DNA from: Takakia lepidozioides
Lineage: Eukaryota; Plantae; Bryophyta
DNA: 64,000 nt
Direction: 5' to 3'
Assembly: GCA_030704615.1 (NCBI GenBank)
Contig: CM060731.1
Span: 54,126,001 to 54,190,000, forward strand
Both the position numbers and the translations under genes were made by a program. A model generated the notes under the pieces. It ran no database searches, was not told the origin of the DNA, and saw only the letters and a list, made by a program, of their open reading frames with translations. Shown here piece after piece: positions 1 through 13,100 of this stretch (its first letter is position 1; the number at the start of each line of letters is the position of its first letter).

Positions 1-790
1 ATCGTGACCTGGTTGGGCACCACTCCTTCCGCCATTCATTTGTTCATAGGTCTACAAAGCCTCCATCCCAAACCCATGCTGGGCATATACTGCGATCATC
101 GCATTCCATGACCCTACATTTCGTTCAATCATATTATTAAACAACTTTTCTTTTGCCTCATCGATGCTCCCGCACTTGGCACACATCCACCAGGGTAGGG
201 TCCAAGATGATATTCACAACAATTCCAGCTTTCACAATGTCAGCATGGACAGCTTTGCCCTTCTCCAGGTCTGCCAGGCTGGCATGCAAACACTGACAAA
301 TGTGACCTGGTTGGGCTTCACCCCTTCCTGCATCATTTTGTGATGGCTCTCCAGAGCCTCCATACCACATCCACATTGGCCATATCCTACGATCATTGCA
401 TTCCACGACACCACATCTCGATCAGCCATACTATCAAACACTCCCTTTGTATCATTGATGCTTCCACAGTTGGCATACAAGTAGACAAGTGTAGTTCCCA
501 AGATCATATTTGGCACAGTTCCAGCTTTCATGATGTCAGCCTGGACCTCTCTGCCCTTCTCCAAAGCTGCCAAGCTGGCACAGGCATTGCAAACAGACAG
601 AAACGTGCCCTGGTTTGGCTTCACCCTTGTCGGCTCATAGGTCTCCAAAGCTTTTAACCCATACCCATGCTGGGCGGCAATCATCACATTCCATGACACC
701 ACATCTCGTTCAGCCATACTGTCAGACACCCCCTTTGCATCCTTTGATTTGCTGCCCCGCATTTGGCATACATGTCCATCAGGGTGGTCT
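1..790 (-). pseudogene. Degenerate PLS-class PPR gene fragment, continues left of the window
   Basis: ORFs 232..762 and 158..406 encode P/L/S motifs (VVSWNAMI, GVKPNQVTFV, TLVYLYANCGS) broken by frameshifts; the 5' side is cut by a LINE 3'-tail fragment at ~790. Confidence 0.85.
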
Positions 791-970
791 TGTGTGAAGG
801 GTCTTCTAGTGGATATCTGGAAAACCCAAACTTATTGACTTTATCAAGGTAAGTCACACTACCAGAGTGAGCCCCTCACAAAGGTGGTATCTGTTCCCTT
901 TTGTTCTGCCCCATCTGGGCACCTGGTCTATGGCCACAGGCTACAGCAAACACAATCTCATGAGTACATT
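790..970 (+). mobile_element. LINE family-1 3'-terminal fragment ending at a (TG)n microsatellite
   Basis: Matches the 3' end of the LINE at 48376-50539 (gaagggt.ttcta..ggatatctggaaaac...caaggtaagtcacactac...catgagtaca). Confidence 0.75.
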
Positions 971-1169
971 CTGTGTGTGTGTGTGTGTGTGTGTGTTGTG
1001 TGTGTGTCTGTCCACGGTCCAATATCTGGGGTGTTCTGTGTGAAGGGCTTTCTAGAGAAAATCTGGTCTAGAAAGCCATTCTAGACCGGATTTTCTAGAC
1101 CCTGTTGTTCCACCCAAACTGGGGTGCAGCAAACAACGTCTCAGGAGTAAATTCTCTGTTTTTGGACTG

Positions 1170-1370
1170 CTACACACAGCAGATTGATGCTTGTATGAAG
1201 GGCTTTCTAGAGGGTATGTGGAAACTCCGAACTAATCGTTTATATCAAGGTAAGTCACACTACTGGAGTGAGCCCCTCACCAAGGTAGTGCCTATTCCCT
1301 AGAATTCCGTCCAAACTGGGTGCGGGGTCTATTGCCACAAGCTATGCCAAACAAGCTCTTATGAGTACAT
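1170..1370 (+). mobile_element. LINE family-1 3'-terminal fragment
   Basis: cagcagattgatgcttgt...ttatgagtacatc; translates QQIDACMKGFLE, like ORF 48382..48759. Confidence 0.75.
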
Positions 1371-1538
1371 CCTCCGAGTTTCCATCCTATAGGCATTTCA
1401 AGACCCCACAATTGACTCTTGGACGGTTGATGTGCCATAGAGGTAATACCCAAAACAGGGTGTCATGGCCAACATGTCCAAGGAACAGTGGTTGAACCAA
1501 AAATGAAGCAAGACACTCCTTGCAATAACAATGTCATT

Positions 1539-4500
1539 TCACCAGTACTCTCCACAAGAACAAACCCCATCTTGAAAGTGGTGAAAGCGGTTTGCATCCC
1601 GTACAACAATTACTCGTCCAACAATCTTTGACATGAACTTGGTGGCTGTGTGGCAGTCACCACAAATCCGAAGGTTCTTAATGACACGGAGAGGTGTCCC
1701 AGGGGCTGTGCTGATCAGCCCAAATGCAATGGCCAGCTTCTCACTGTGGTGGCAAAGAGAAAATTCCTTTCGCTCCTCCTCCACATCATGCAATATGAAG
1801 CGCGTGTCAGGCACATAACCTGCCTTCTTCATCTGTTCAGACAAACTTCTCAGCTCAGCATGGATTTCCTCAGTTTGTGGATGCACTTGGTCATCCACCA
1901 TGAATCTGTGGACCCTGTCGCCAACCTCAATGCAGCAGCGGCCTGGCTCTTTTATAACACCTCTGACCTTCATCATCTTTCTCACCTTTGCAATATTGTC
2001 CCACCTTCCAGCTGCTTTGCAATATTGTCCCACCTTCCAGCTGCTGCATAGATGTTTGACAGTACCACATAAGTTGCAGCATCCTGTTGATCCCACTTGA
2101 GAATCCATTTTGCCGCACGTTCTGCCACCTCCAGATTGCCATGAATTCTACAGGCTCCAAGCAAGGCTTTCCACACCACGGCAGGAGGTTCGATTAGCAT
2201 GTTATTAATGAAGTCCTCTGCTTCATCCAGTCGCCCAGCACGACCAAGAAGGTCCACCATGCAACCAAAGTGTTCCACTGTAGGAGTAAGGCCGTGATCT
2301 CGACTCAGCGAATAAAAAATGTGTCTGCCTTCATCCACTAGGCCCCCATGGCTACATGCGGAGAGAACGGATAAAAAGGTGACACTGTTGGGCTTTAAGC
2401 CTTCCTTTTGCATGCCCTCAAATAGTTGCAGGACCTCCCTATGACAGCCATGCTGGGCATATCCTGCAATCATCGCACTCCATGACACCACATTTCGTTC
2501 AACCATACTGTCAAACAGTCCCTTTGCATCCTCGATGCTCCCACATTTGGCATACATATCCACAAGGGTATTGTACAGAATAATATCGGGTACAATACCA
2601 GCTTTCATGATATTAGCATGGACCTCTTTGCCCTTTTCCAGGGCTGCCAGGCTGGCACACGCATTGCAGACACAAACAAATGTGACCTGGTTGGGCTTCA
2701 CCCCTTCCCGCATCATTTGTTCATAGGTCTCCAAAGCCTCCATGGCACACCCATTCTGAGCATATCCTGTGATCATCGCACCCCATGACACCACATTTCG
2801 TTCACGCATATTGTCGAACACTCTCTTTGCATCCTCGATGCTCCCACATTTCATATACATGTCCACCAGGGTAGTATCCAAGATGATATTTGGCACAATT
2901 CCAGCCTTCATGATGTCAGCATGAACGTCTTTGGCTTTTTCCAGGGCTGCAAGGCTTGAACAAGAATTGCAAATGCTAACAAATATTACCTGGTTGGGCT
3001 TCACCCCTTCCCACACCATTTGGTCATATGTCTCTAAAGCCACCATCCCACACCCATGCCAGGCATATCCTGCGATCATCGCACCCCACGACACGACATC
3101 TCGTTCAGCCATATTATCAAACAATTCCTTTGCATCCTCAATGCTCCCACATTTTGCATACATGTCCACCAGGGCAGTGGCCAAGATGATGTTTGGCACA
3201 ATTCCAGCTTTCACAATGTCAACATGGACCTCTCTGCCCTTTTCCAGGGCTGCCAGGCTGGCACATGCATTGCAAACAGAAACGAACGTGACTTGGTTGG
3301 GCATCACCCCTTTCTGCATCATTTGATCATAGGTCTCCAAAGCCTCCATCCCATGCCCATGCTGGGCATATGCTGCAATCATCGCACCGTGACCCTACTA
3401 TTCATCCGTTTAGGCATTTGCAAACACTGCCTTTGCATCTCTTACCTCACTCCCACATTTGGCATACATGTCCACGAGGGTAGTGTCCAAGACAATACTT
3501 GGCACAATTCCAGCTCTCACAATATCAGTATGGACAGCTTGGCCCGTTTCCAGGTCTGCACCGCTGGCACATGCCTTGAGAACGCAAAGGAACGTGACCT
3601 GGTTCGGTGTCACCCCTTCCTGCATCATTTGCTCATAGGTCTCGAAGGTCTCCCCACAATATCCATGCTTGGCATATCCTGCCACCATTGTATTCCCTGT
3701 AATCAAATCTCGTTCAGGCATTTTGTCAAAAACTTGGAGTGCATCCACAATGCTCCCACACTTGGCATACATATTGACGAGTACGTTGTGTAGAAACATG
3801 TCTGGCTTGAACCCACTTTGGATAATGTGGGCATGCACCCACTTTCCCTCTGCTAAGCCTCTCATCTTGATGCACTCCTGCAACAGATAGACATAAGTTT
3901 TGGAGTTTCCCCCACTCCCTCCTTCATGCAAAAGCTGCAGTGCCTCTCTCAATTGTCCTGCCTTAGACAGTGCCCTCATATCCCCACATCTTTCAAAAGA
4001 GGTTGTCATGGTGGGGGTGCCTGACTTTTCTGATGCTGCTTTGAATTGGACATACATCCAGAGAGGTCTCTTGATCCATTGCCCCAGGTGGTTGCTCTTG
4101 TGCTTGAAATCTACTCCTCTAGGATGTATGTTTCTGCCTCGATTGTCCCACCACTCACTGGGGTTTGAAAAATATTCCTTCCAGAGCTTCTCCTCCTTTA
4201 TATTTTTAATGTTTGGAAATTTGGCCTTATCCAGCTCCTCAAATTCGCCATCCACCCTTACAGACTTCTTGTATCTATCAATCCATAGGCCCTCCTTCAT
4301 ACTCTTCTGCTTGGAATCTGGTCTGCTAAGATGGATCTTTCTGGCTGGATTCTCCAAACACGTTACTAGGGATTGGAAAAAAATTCCTCCAAAACATCTC
4401 CTTGTCTGTATTTTCAATTTTCGAGATTTTTGCCTTTAGCTCCATCCAGCTTCTCCACTTCACCATCCGCCCACGCAGATCCCTTGCAGCAATCGATCAA

Positions 4501-5562
4501 CACTCCGTAGTTGTTATCTGTGCGGTTGAAATCTGGATGAATCTTTTTGCCTCGATGGCACCAACATCGGCTGGGGTCTGCTAAAAAACAATTCCACAGG
4601 TTCCCCATGGATGTACTTGGCCTTTTTCCATTACGGCGGATGTAGCCTCCTTGCTGGAGCCCCTGTCCATGAGAGTTTTGGCTTCCCCTACTGGTCTGCG
4701 GTAATCCGCAGTCGACTTGAATCTGTTTGGAAATCTCAATGGAATGGAATTCTGAAGATGCACAGTGGTGTCGTACGGCGTGTACAGCCGATTATTTGGA
4801 TGGAAGTTTTTGCCGCGATTGTCCCACCATTGCCAGACGTTTGAATAATATTCCTCCTCTATATTTTCGATTTTTGGATGCTTGGCCCCAGCTGCATCCA
4901 GATTCCCCAATTCAATCCGCAGATCCTGGTTTGTACTCTTGTCGTTGAAATATGATCCTCTGGGATGAATCTTTCTGCCTTGATTGTCACACCGTGACTA
5001 GGGTTCGAAAAATGTTCCTTCCAAATCTTCTTTCCTCTGCTGCATTTGCAATTTTAGGATATTTTGCCCTAGCTGCATGTAGTCCTTCCAATTCACCGTT
5101 CAGCCACAAAGCCGTTGTGTAGATATCAATTCCCAGTCCCTCAATGGTAGTCTTGTCCTTGAAATCTAGTCCTCTAAGGTGGATCCTCCTGCCTCGACTG
5201 TCCCGCCATTGACAGGGGCCTGCAGAACATTCGTTCCAATACTTCTCCACGTCTGTTCCTGGATATTTCCTTATGTGGCGTCCTTGCTCGTCGCCCCGTC
5301 CATCCACTTGGTCCTCCTCGATTTCTCTCCACTGGCCCGCGATCGCCTTGGAACGATTTGAAGCCAATATCAATGCAATGCAGTTCCGGAAATGCGAAGG
5401 GGTCCCGTACACACAGTACAGCCCCCACTTTTTGGCAGCTCTCAGAACAGTGCAGGTCTTGCAAGCAGCGTAGCCTCGGGGAGGCTTCTAAGGGCACCCC
5501 GAGGTGCCACGGGAACATGCGGAGGATGTCAGGCGTGCAATGCGTATAGTACCAGCTGCCAT
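1539..5562 (-). pseudogene. Gene A: disrupted PDF-repeat + PLS-PPR + E + DYW editing factor (ends EYW)
   Basis: ATG 5562 aligns with the gene B start; in-frame TAG at codon 25; ~6 degenerate PDF motifs at 5260-4050 with frameshifts; PPR array in ORFs 3410..4417 and 1982..3382; 29-nt duplication in the E domain; DYW domain HHSEKLA..CGDCH..CSCGEYW in 1539..2108. Confidence 0.85.
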
Positions 5563-7339
5563 GCCTGCTCTTTCCCGAACTCTTGCAACCTGCACTAGCG
5601 TGAAGGTTTGAAACCGCATTCCTTGAACCTGGTGTGCTCATATCTGCGTGCAATGAAACGACCCTAGCTCGCTGGACTGCCTCTCCACAGCGCCCTCGCT
5701 TACCCGACTCTCTCTCTCTCTCTCTCTGTCTCGCATGGATGATTGCATTATACAAAATTTCGTTTATTAATGGGTGGATAGTCTGATATGCTTCAAAGTT
5801 CTAATGAGGAGAGGGTGACAAAGTGATATTCTAGAAGAGAATTGACTGTTTAGTTCACATGAAAGCATATAGCCTATGAAGCCTGAGTGGTGCGAGGACA
5901 ACAGACCCTCAGAGACGATGAGGAAGTTTTCTTTGCGCTCGATTTGCATTTGCGGATGTTTTTGTGAAGCATGCCATACTTACTAGTATGGCATTCACCC
6001 CTCAGCGTTGGATAACAGATCGTAGCGCAGGCGGCCGGATTGTGTCATGTGATTAGTCTTTCCCTGTTAAGCTTTGCTTGTCTTGTACCTCTGTTCTGCT
6101 AGGCAAGCAGCTGCCGAAAGGTGTGGATCTACCAGCGGATTGTGCATTGGCGCTTGAAAAGTCTATCAAAGATGGCCTTCCACAAACAGTAGAGTGCCCG
6201 GTACCTACTTACATTCACATCTAGCTGCCGATGGTCCTACAATTTTATTGGTGGAACGTTCTAGTTGTCGATGTAGGTCTAGAAAGATGCTAGTCCATGT
6301 TAATAGGCAGCCTCATTAATACCATTGGATGCTCACACAGCAGGCACAATGGGGACCTGTTGGACCTCCAACTTCCAAGGTTGCCAAACTGGTCCGGCTG
6401 CAAGCTGGTCGATCACCCTATCTGTATGTTGGAACACTACGGTCTGGTCCAACAGCCTCCTAAGGGTTACTTTCCACGTAGACCCGTTCCGTTACACGAC
6501 GTCATCCAAAAATGGGTTTGACCACGGGGCACATCCATTGACCACGGGGCACATCCACTCATCCACTCACACCCCTTTCCATGCCGCACCGACCCTTTTC
6601 CATGCAACCCCGGAAGGGACCCGTCCGGTGGTTTCCACCGACACTTTTGCTCGTGTGGTGGGTGACCAAGTGTGACCAAAAAAGAAACGTGTCCAGGAAG
6701 GTGACCTACTTAGTAGGTCATGGGAAGAAAAATACTGGTTACTGTGAGTCAACCATGGAGAAGGACCCTGCGCCCAACGACTCACTTTGGGTGAGGCCGT
6801 GACATCCATGGAAGTGCATGGAGCTGGGTGCTTGGACCCATTCTCCCTTCATGTGACATCAGCAGAGGGGATCAGGTCTACATGGAAACATGCTCTTAGG
6901 GTTACTTTCCATGTGACCAATTCTCCCATTCTCCTCCAATGATGTCATTGTTGGACTGGGTTTGACCAATGGTCCGATCGTTGACTTGGCGAGGGGTCCG
7001 TCCATGTAGCCACTGGATGATGGATCTTCAAATACGAGCTGGTTGCGTTGCCGGTCTTCTTCTTCCACGTGTGCTTCACACAAATTCTCTATACATTACT
7101 TCGCATAGCCGATTCAGAGAATAGTCATAAATTCACGAAACAGATCATTGGTAGGCGCTTCTATAGCTGTGGCTACGACTTTGCATCTTATTTCACAACA
7201 AGGATTGGGCATGGTTATGACATCAAGTAATTGATTTGATGTTAATTTACTTCCGGCTATCACAACACTCTAAGAAGATGAAGAGGCAATTGTTGCATTC
7301 ACATTTGAAGGATTGCTCACAAAATCAACATTATTGGGA

Positions 7340-7915
7340 ATAAATTAGGGACCATGGTATGTAAAACCTCACTCAATCCAATAATGGTGGGATCAATTTG
7401 TGACATGTCATGAGAGATGACGAGGAGCACTTCCAAAGATTGTTTAGGGTATCTGTTTCAACTTTTCAATATCTTTGTGATCTACTCACTCCTGATTTGT
7501 TGAGAAAACCCCCTCCTGGACTTTGAGAGATTAAAGACAAATATTTGAGTGTAGCCAAGCATGTGACTCTAGGGCTTCGGAGACTGCCAACTGGAGATTC
7601 ACTACTGAGTGTGGATATGATGTTTGAGGTGAGTGACTCTATCGCCTCCAAAATCATGTGGTAATTTTTGAAGGCGTTGATACGTCGAGGTCATCACTAT
7701 TTAAAGTGGCATGGCAATGAGGGACTTCAATTGGTAGCAAGGTGTTGAAAGTGTTTAACTTATGGCATACCGCAAAGTTGTGGAGCAATTGGTTGCATCC
7801 ACATATGGCTTGATTTGTCTGCCAACCAAAGAGGTACAGACTGGTTTGACCGAGATCACAACTATTCTATGATTTTACAAGCCATATGTGATTCAAACAT
7901 GCGATTGTTCTCTTG
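7340..7915 (+). mobile_element. PIF/Harbinger (HARBI1/ALP1-like DDE) transposase relic
   Basis: Broken frames give WYVKP..WW, FQYLCDLL, LSVAKHVTLGLRRLPTGDSLLSV, GIPQSCGAIGCIHI, WFDRDHNYSMILQAICDSNMR; contains stops. Confidence 0.75.
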
Positions 7916-10106
7916 AATTCGAACATCCATCATGGCTACGACCATTTTCTCTTGGTTAGCTTGGAGAACTGTGGTCAAACCTTATGCTGATTTAGGAGAG
8001 AGTCGTTGCCGTTTTGCAATGGATGGCAAAGTCTCAGTCAACTCCTCAAAGGATGAACCAGATGCACTACCTATTGAACACGACATTGTTTACAAATTCG
8101 TCATTAGCCAAAATTCCTTCGTATACTATGCGTACTGATATGCACTTACATGAATTCCCAAAATAGGGGTAATGTTACCTCTTGGTCTAGCCATGGCAGA
8201 AGTGTCGATTGGAAGATCATCTGGTTTTAGAGTCTTGGAGGTCTTCACAAACAATTGTGATAACACTAGCAATATCACCGGTAGACAACTAGGAAACAGT
8301 TGTTCACTACTCCACAGTTATATTACACATGCTCCAAATTTTGGGCTCGAACTTTAGGCAATTGTGCTCTGAAGTGGGTGGAGTTGGTGACTCTGTCCCC
8401 CACCTTGAACTCCAACACACACAAACCAATTTTATGAGGGAGTTACATGAATCCAATTCATGCAACATCAATCAATAACAAAGTACCCAAACACAATTAT
8501 GCAAATCTGCCCCATGATTATATCTTTGGTTGGTCAAGGCTTCATGCAAGTTAGTCGAGGGCTCTATTTGAAGTAGTGCCAGGAAAAACAAACAAACACA
8601 AACATTTACCAATTCAAGATGCTGAACAAGCATTGATTTCCTTCGACTTCCAGACTTTTTGGTCAATGTTGGTGATTTACTGGGTACAGTGTTTATGATA
8701 GTGCAAGTGAGTTCAGCTCTTAGTTTAGTTCTTGAGAACACAATTTCAATGCATGTGAAGTGATTTCTGTTTTACCAGTTGTTTTTCTTGGGGTCCTTGA
8801 CAAGGTGGAGGGCTGGATAATTCTCACAACAGGCACTCGTGAGATGATCAGGACAGGAAGATGGTACACACCAGAGCTCTTCGGAAATGAGACATCGATT
8901 TCAATCTTGATAGCAGAACCAAGTTCGCCAAGGTCCACATTAGTGATTACGTAAAGCATTTTCTGTATATTTTCTGTTTGTATCATTTGTTACCATGATT
9001 TTAACTGGAGCTGTCATATATCAGGCTATTTAATTTTTAGGTGATGTGTACTATCTATTCCATCCACAGCTGGTTGTCTGTATAGGGTTGTGCGTTAATT
9101 GAATATGAGAAGGAGGCACATGAAGCAATTGATAAGCTGAACTGGAAGTAGCTGCTCAGACAAAGTGACTGTCAACCTGGCCTTCAGCAGTGGCCCTCAC
9201 CACCAGATTGTCGCAGAAAGGTGAAGCTCTAGCAGTTTTAACCCAGTTGGTAGGTACCTCAGGATGAATGTAGCGCTTTTTGGGGGTCCGCTTTCCCACT
9301 AATGGAAGTGCCGGAGTACACTGACAACGCACTAAGAAGTTTGCATCATAGCTGAACACAAACTTTGTAGGTGTCACTTGCCAGGGCCAAGAAGCTGAAG
9401 CCTCACCATTTGATGGTGTTGCTCATAAAATCCCAAGTCTTTTCTGTCAACATAAACGAGAGCCTATTCCCTTCCCTGGGTGCAGTATGTTGAATTTAGA
9501 GATTGGGGGCTCTAGGGCCAGGAATCTATCGAGTCCTCATGTAGATTGTACATACCCAAATCCAACTTTTGGTTTGGGTCTAAGGGATTGGGCTTCTGCG
9601 ATCTCAGGTACCTTCCAAAAGATTAATTGGATCAGCGAACAAGCAATAGGGGATAGCTGTACATACCTGTCTTACTGAGGTTGTAGAACATGCCAAGACC
9701 AGCCCCTGCACAGAACAATCGGCCAGTACCATTATCAGTGCAGTAACTGTAAGAACTTTCTCTGTATCTCTCTGTCTCACAACTGTGCTATCCTACAACA
9801 TCGAGATGGCACATCTGTGGCCACATTAGGAGCTCAAGCTGCAGCGCAAACATCCACACTCCATCCACATTCCTAGCATGATTTGACCATCCTGTACATC
9901 TTGCAGGAGCATGTCGCAATTTCAGGCAGAGTTTCCACCTGCTGACTAGACCCCACAATCCGCTCTTGGGGCCTTGATATGCCAAAATGGAAATGCACTC
10001 AACAGTGCATCATAGTCGAAATCTCCACAGAATGGTGGATGAACCAAGCAGAATCACAGATGTAATGAATGTAGCAAGACACCCAGACCTTACAAGAACA
10101 ACATTT

Positions 10107-13100
10107 TCACCAGTACCCCCCACAAGAACAAACCCCAGCTTGAAAGTGGTGAAAACGGTTCGCATCCCGTACAACAATTGCTCGCCCAACAATCTTTGAG
10201 ATGAACTTGGTGGCCGTGTGGCAGTCACCACACACCCGAAGGTTCTTGATGACAAGGAGAGGTGTCCCAGGGGTTGTGCTGATCAACCCCAAAGCAATGG
10301 CCAGCTTCTCACTGTGGTGGCAAAGAGAAAATTCCTTTTGTTCCTCCTCCACGTCATGCAATACAAAACGTGTGTCAGGCACATACCCCGCCTCCTTCAT
10401 TTGCTCAGACAAATCTCTCAGCGTAGCATGGATCTCCTCAATTTGAGGATGCAATTTGTCATCTACCACAAAGCTGTGCACTCTGTTGCCAACTTCAATG
10501 CAGGAGCAACCTGGCTCCTTTCTGACACCTCTGACATTCATCATTCTTCTAACCTTAGCACTATCGTCCCACCTGCCTGCTGCAGCATAGATGTTGGATA
10601 GCAACACGTAAGTTCCAGCATCCTGTTGAGCTGACTTGAGAATAGATTTCGCCGCACGTTCTGCCACTGCCACATTGCCATACACTCTGCAGGCACCAAG
10701 CAAGGCTTTCCAAACCACAGCATCTGGTTTGATTGGCATTTTGTTAATGAAATCCTCAGCCTCGTGAAATCGCCCCGCACGGCCAAGAAGGTCCACCACG
10801 CAGCCAAAGTGCTCCACTGTGGGAGTGAGACCATGATCTTGACTCATGGCATCAAAGAAGTGTCTGCCTTCATTCACTAGGCCCCCATGGCTACATGCAG
10901 ACAGAATACATAAAAAGGTGATGCTGTTGGGCTTTAAGCCTTCCTTTTGCATTCCTTCAAATAGTTGCAGGGCCTCCGTACGACAACCATGCTGGGCATA
11001 TCCTGCAATCATCACACTCCACGACACCACATTTCGTTCAGCCATACTATCAAATACTCCCTTTGCATTCGCAATACTTCCACATTTCGCATACATGTCC
11101 AAGAGGTTATTGTTGAGAATTATATCTGGTGCAATCCCAGCCTTCGTGATGTCAGCATGGACCTCTTTACCCTTCTCCAAGGCTGCCAGGCTGGCACACA
11201 CATTGCAAACGCAAACGAACGTGGCCTGGTCGGGCTTTATGCCTTCCCGCATCATTTGCTCATAGGTCTCCAGAGCCTCCATACCCCACTGATGCTGCGC
11301 ATATCCTGCAATCATTGCATTCCATGACACCACATTTCGTTCAGCCATATTGCTGAATACTCCCTTTGCATCCTCAATGCTGCCGCACTTGGCATACATG
11401 TCAACAAGAGTAGTGCCCAAGATGATATTTGGCACAATGCCAGCTTTCATGATGTCAGCATGGACAGCTTTGCCCTTTTCCAGGGCCCCAAGGCAGGCAC
11501 ACGCATTGCAAATGGAAACAAATGTGACCTGGTCAGGCTTCACCCCTTCCCACATCATTTGCTCATAGGTCTCCAAAGCCTCCCTCCCACACCCATGCTG
11601 GGCATATCCTGCTATCATTGCACCCCATGACACCACATCTCGTTCAGCCATATTGTCAAACACTCCCTTTGCATCATTGATGCTTTCGCATTTGCAATAC
11701 ATGTCCACCAGGGCAGTGTCCAAGATGATATTCGGCACAATTCCAGCTTTCATGATGTCAGCATGGACCTCTTTCCCCTTTTCCAAGGCTCCCAGGCTGG
11801 CACAAGCCTTGCAAACAGAAGCCAACGTTACCTGGTTGGGCTTCAGCCCTTCACGCATCATGTGGTCATAGGTCTCCAAAGCCTCCATCCCACACCCCTG
11901 CTGAGCATACCCGGTGATCATTGCACCCCATGACACAACGTTTCGTTCAGCCATATTTTTGAACACTCCTCTTGCATCGTTGATGCTTCCACATTTGGCA
12001 TACATGTCAACAAGGGTAGTGTCCAACATGATATTTGGCACAATTCCAGATCTCATGATGTCAGCATGGATGGCTCTACCCTTTTTCAGGTCTGCCAGGC
12101 TGGCACAAGCCTTGAGAACGCAAATGAATGTCACCTGATTGGGTGTCAACCCTTCCCCAATCATTTGCTCATAGGTCTCCAAGGTCCCCTTACAATATCC
12201 CTGCTTGGCATACCCTGCGAGCATTGTATTCCACGCAACCAAACCCCGTTCAGGCATTTTGTCAAACACAAGGCGTGCATCCACAACACTCCCACACTTG
12301 GCATACATATTGACGAGGTTGTTGTAAAGAAAGAGATCTGGTCTGAATCCACTTTGGATAATGTGGGCATGCACCTGCCTTCCCTCTGCCAGGCCTTTAG
12401 TCTTGATGCACTCCTGCAGGAGACAGACATAAGTTTTCGAGTCTGCAGCAATGCGTCCTAACTTCAAAATCTGCAGCGCCTTTTGCAGCCGTCCTCCCTT
12501 ACATAGTTCCCTCACATCCCCACATCTTACAGAGGAGGTCGTCATGGTGAGGGTGCCTGACTGAGACAGCTGTGCTCCCGCCGCATTCAATCGACCATCT
12601 ACGCACGCAGGTCTCGTGCACCTATCATCGATCCATAGCCTCTCGTTGGTGCTCTTGTAGTTGAAACCTGGTCTTTTACGACTGATCTTTCTGCCTTGAT
12701 TGTCCAAATCACCAACCACCCAAGCAGGTTTCTCGTGCTTACGAATGCATAGCCCCTCGTTGTGCTTAAAGTCTGCTTCTCTAAGATGGATCTTTCGGCC
12801 TCGATAGTCCCACAATCGACTGGGGCCTGAAAAACATTTGCTCCAAAGCTTCTCCACGTCTGTGTTTTGGCTTTTTGAATATTTGCATGTGTAGCCTCGT
12901 TGCTCGCCACCAGGCTGGCCATGAGCTTGATCCTCTTCTACCGGTCTCCTCTGCAACTCAATTGGGATCAAACTGCTCGAAAAATGCGCAGCGAATCCGT
13001 ACATTCCGGACAGACCACACTTTTCTGAAGTTCTACGAAGAGTGCCGATTTCGCAAGCAGCGCAGCCCAAAGGCTCATGAGGGCACCCCCAGGATGTCAT

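Noticed and set aside
5950-9460. Exon-like or gag-like short ORFs around the Harbinger relic
   Set aside because: No recognisable motifs or coherent splice chain; cannot be supported without a search.
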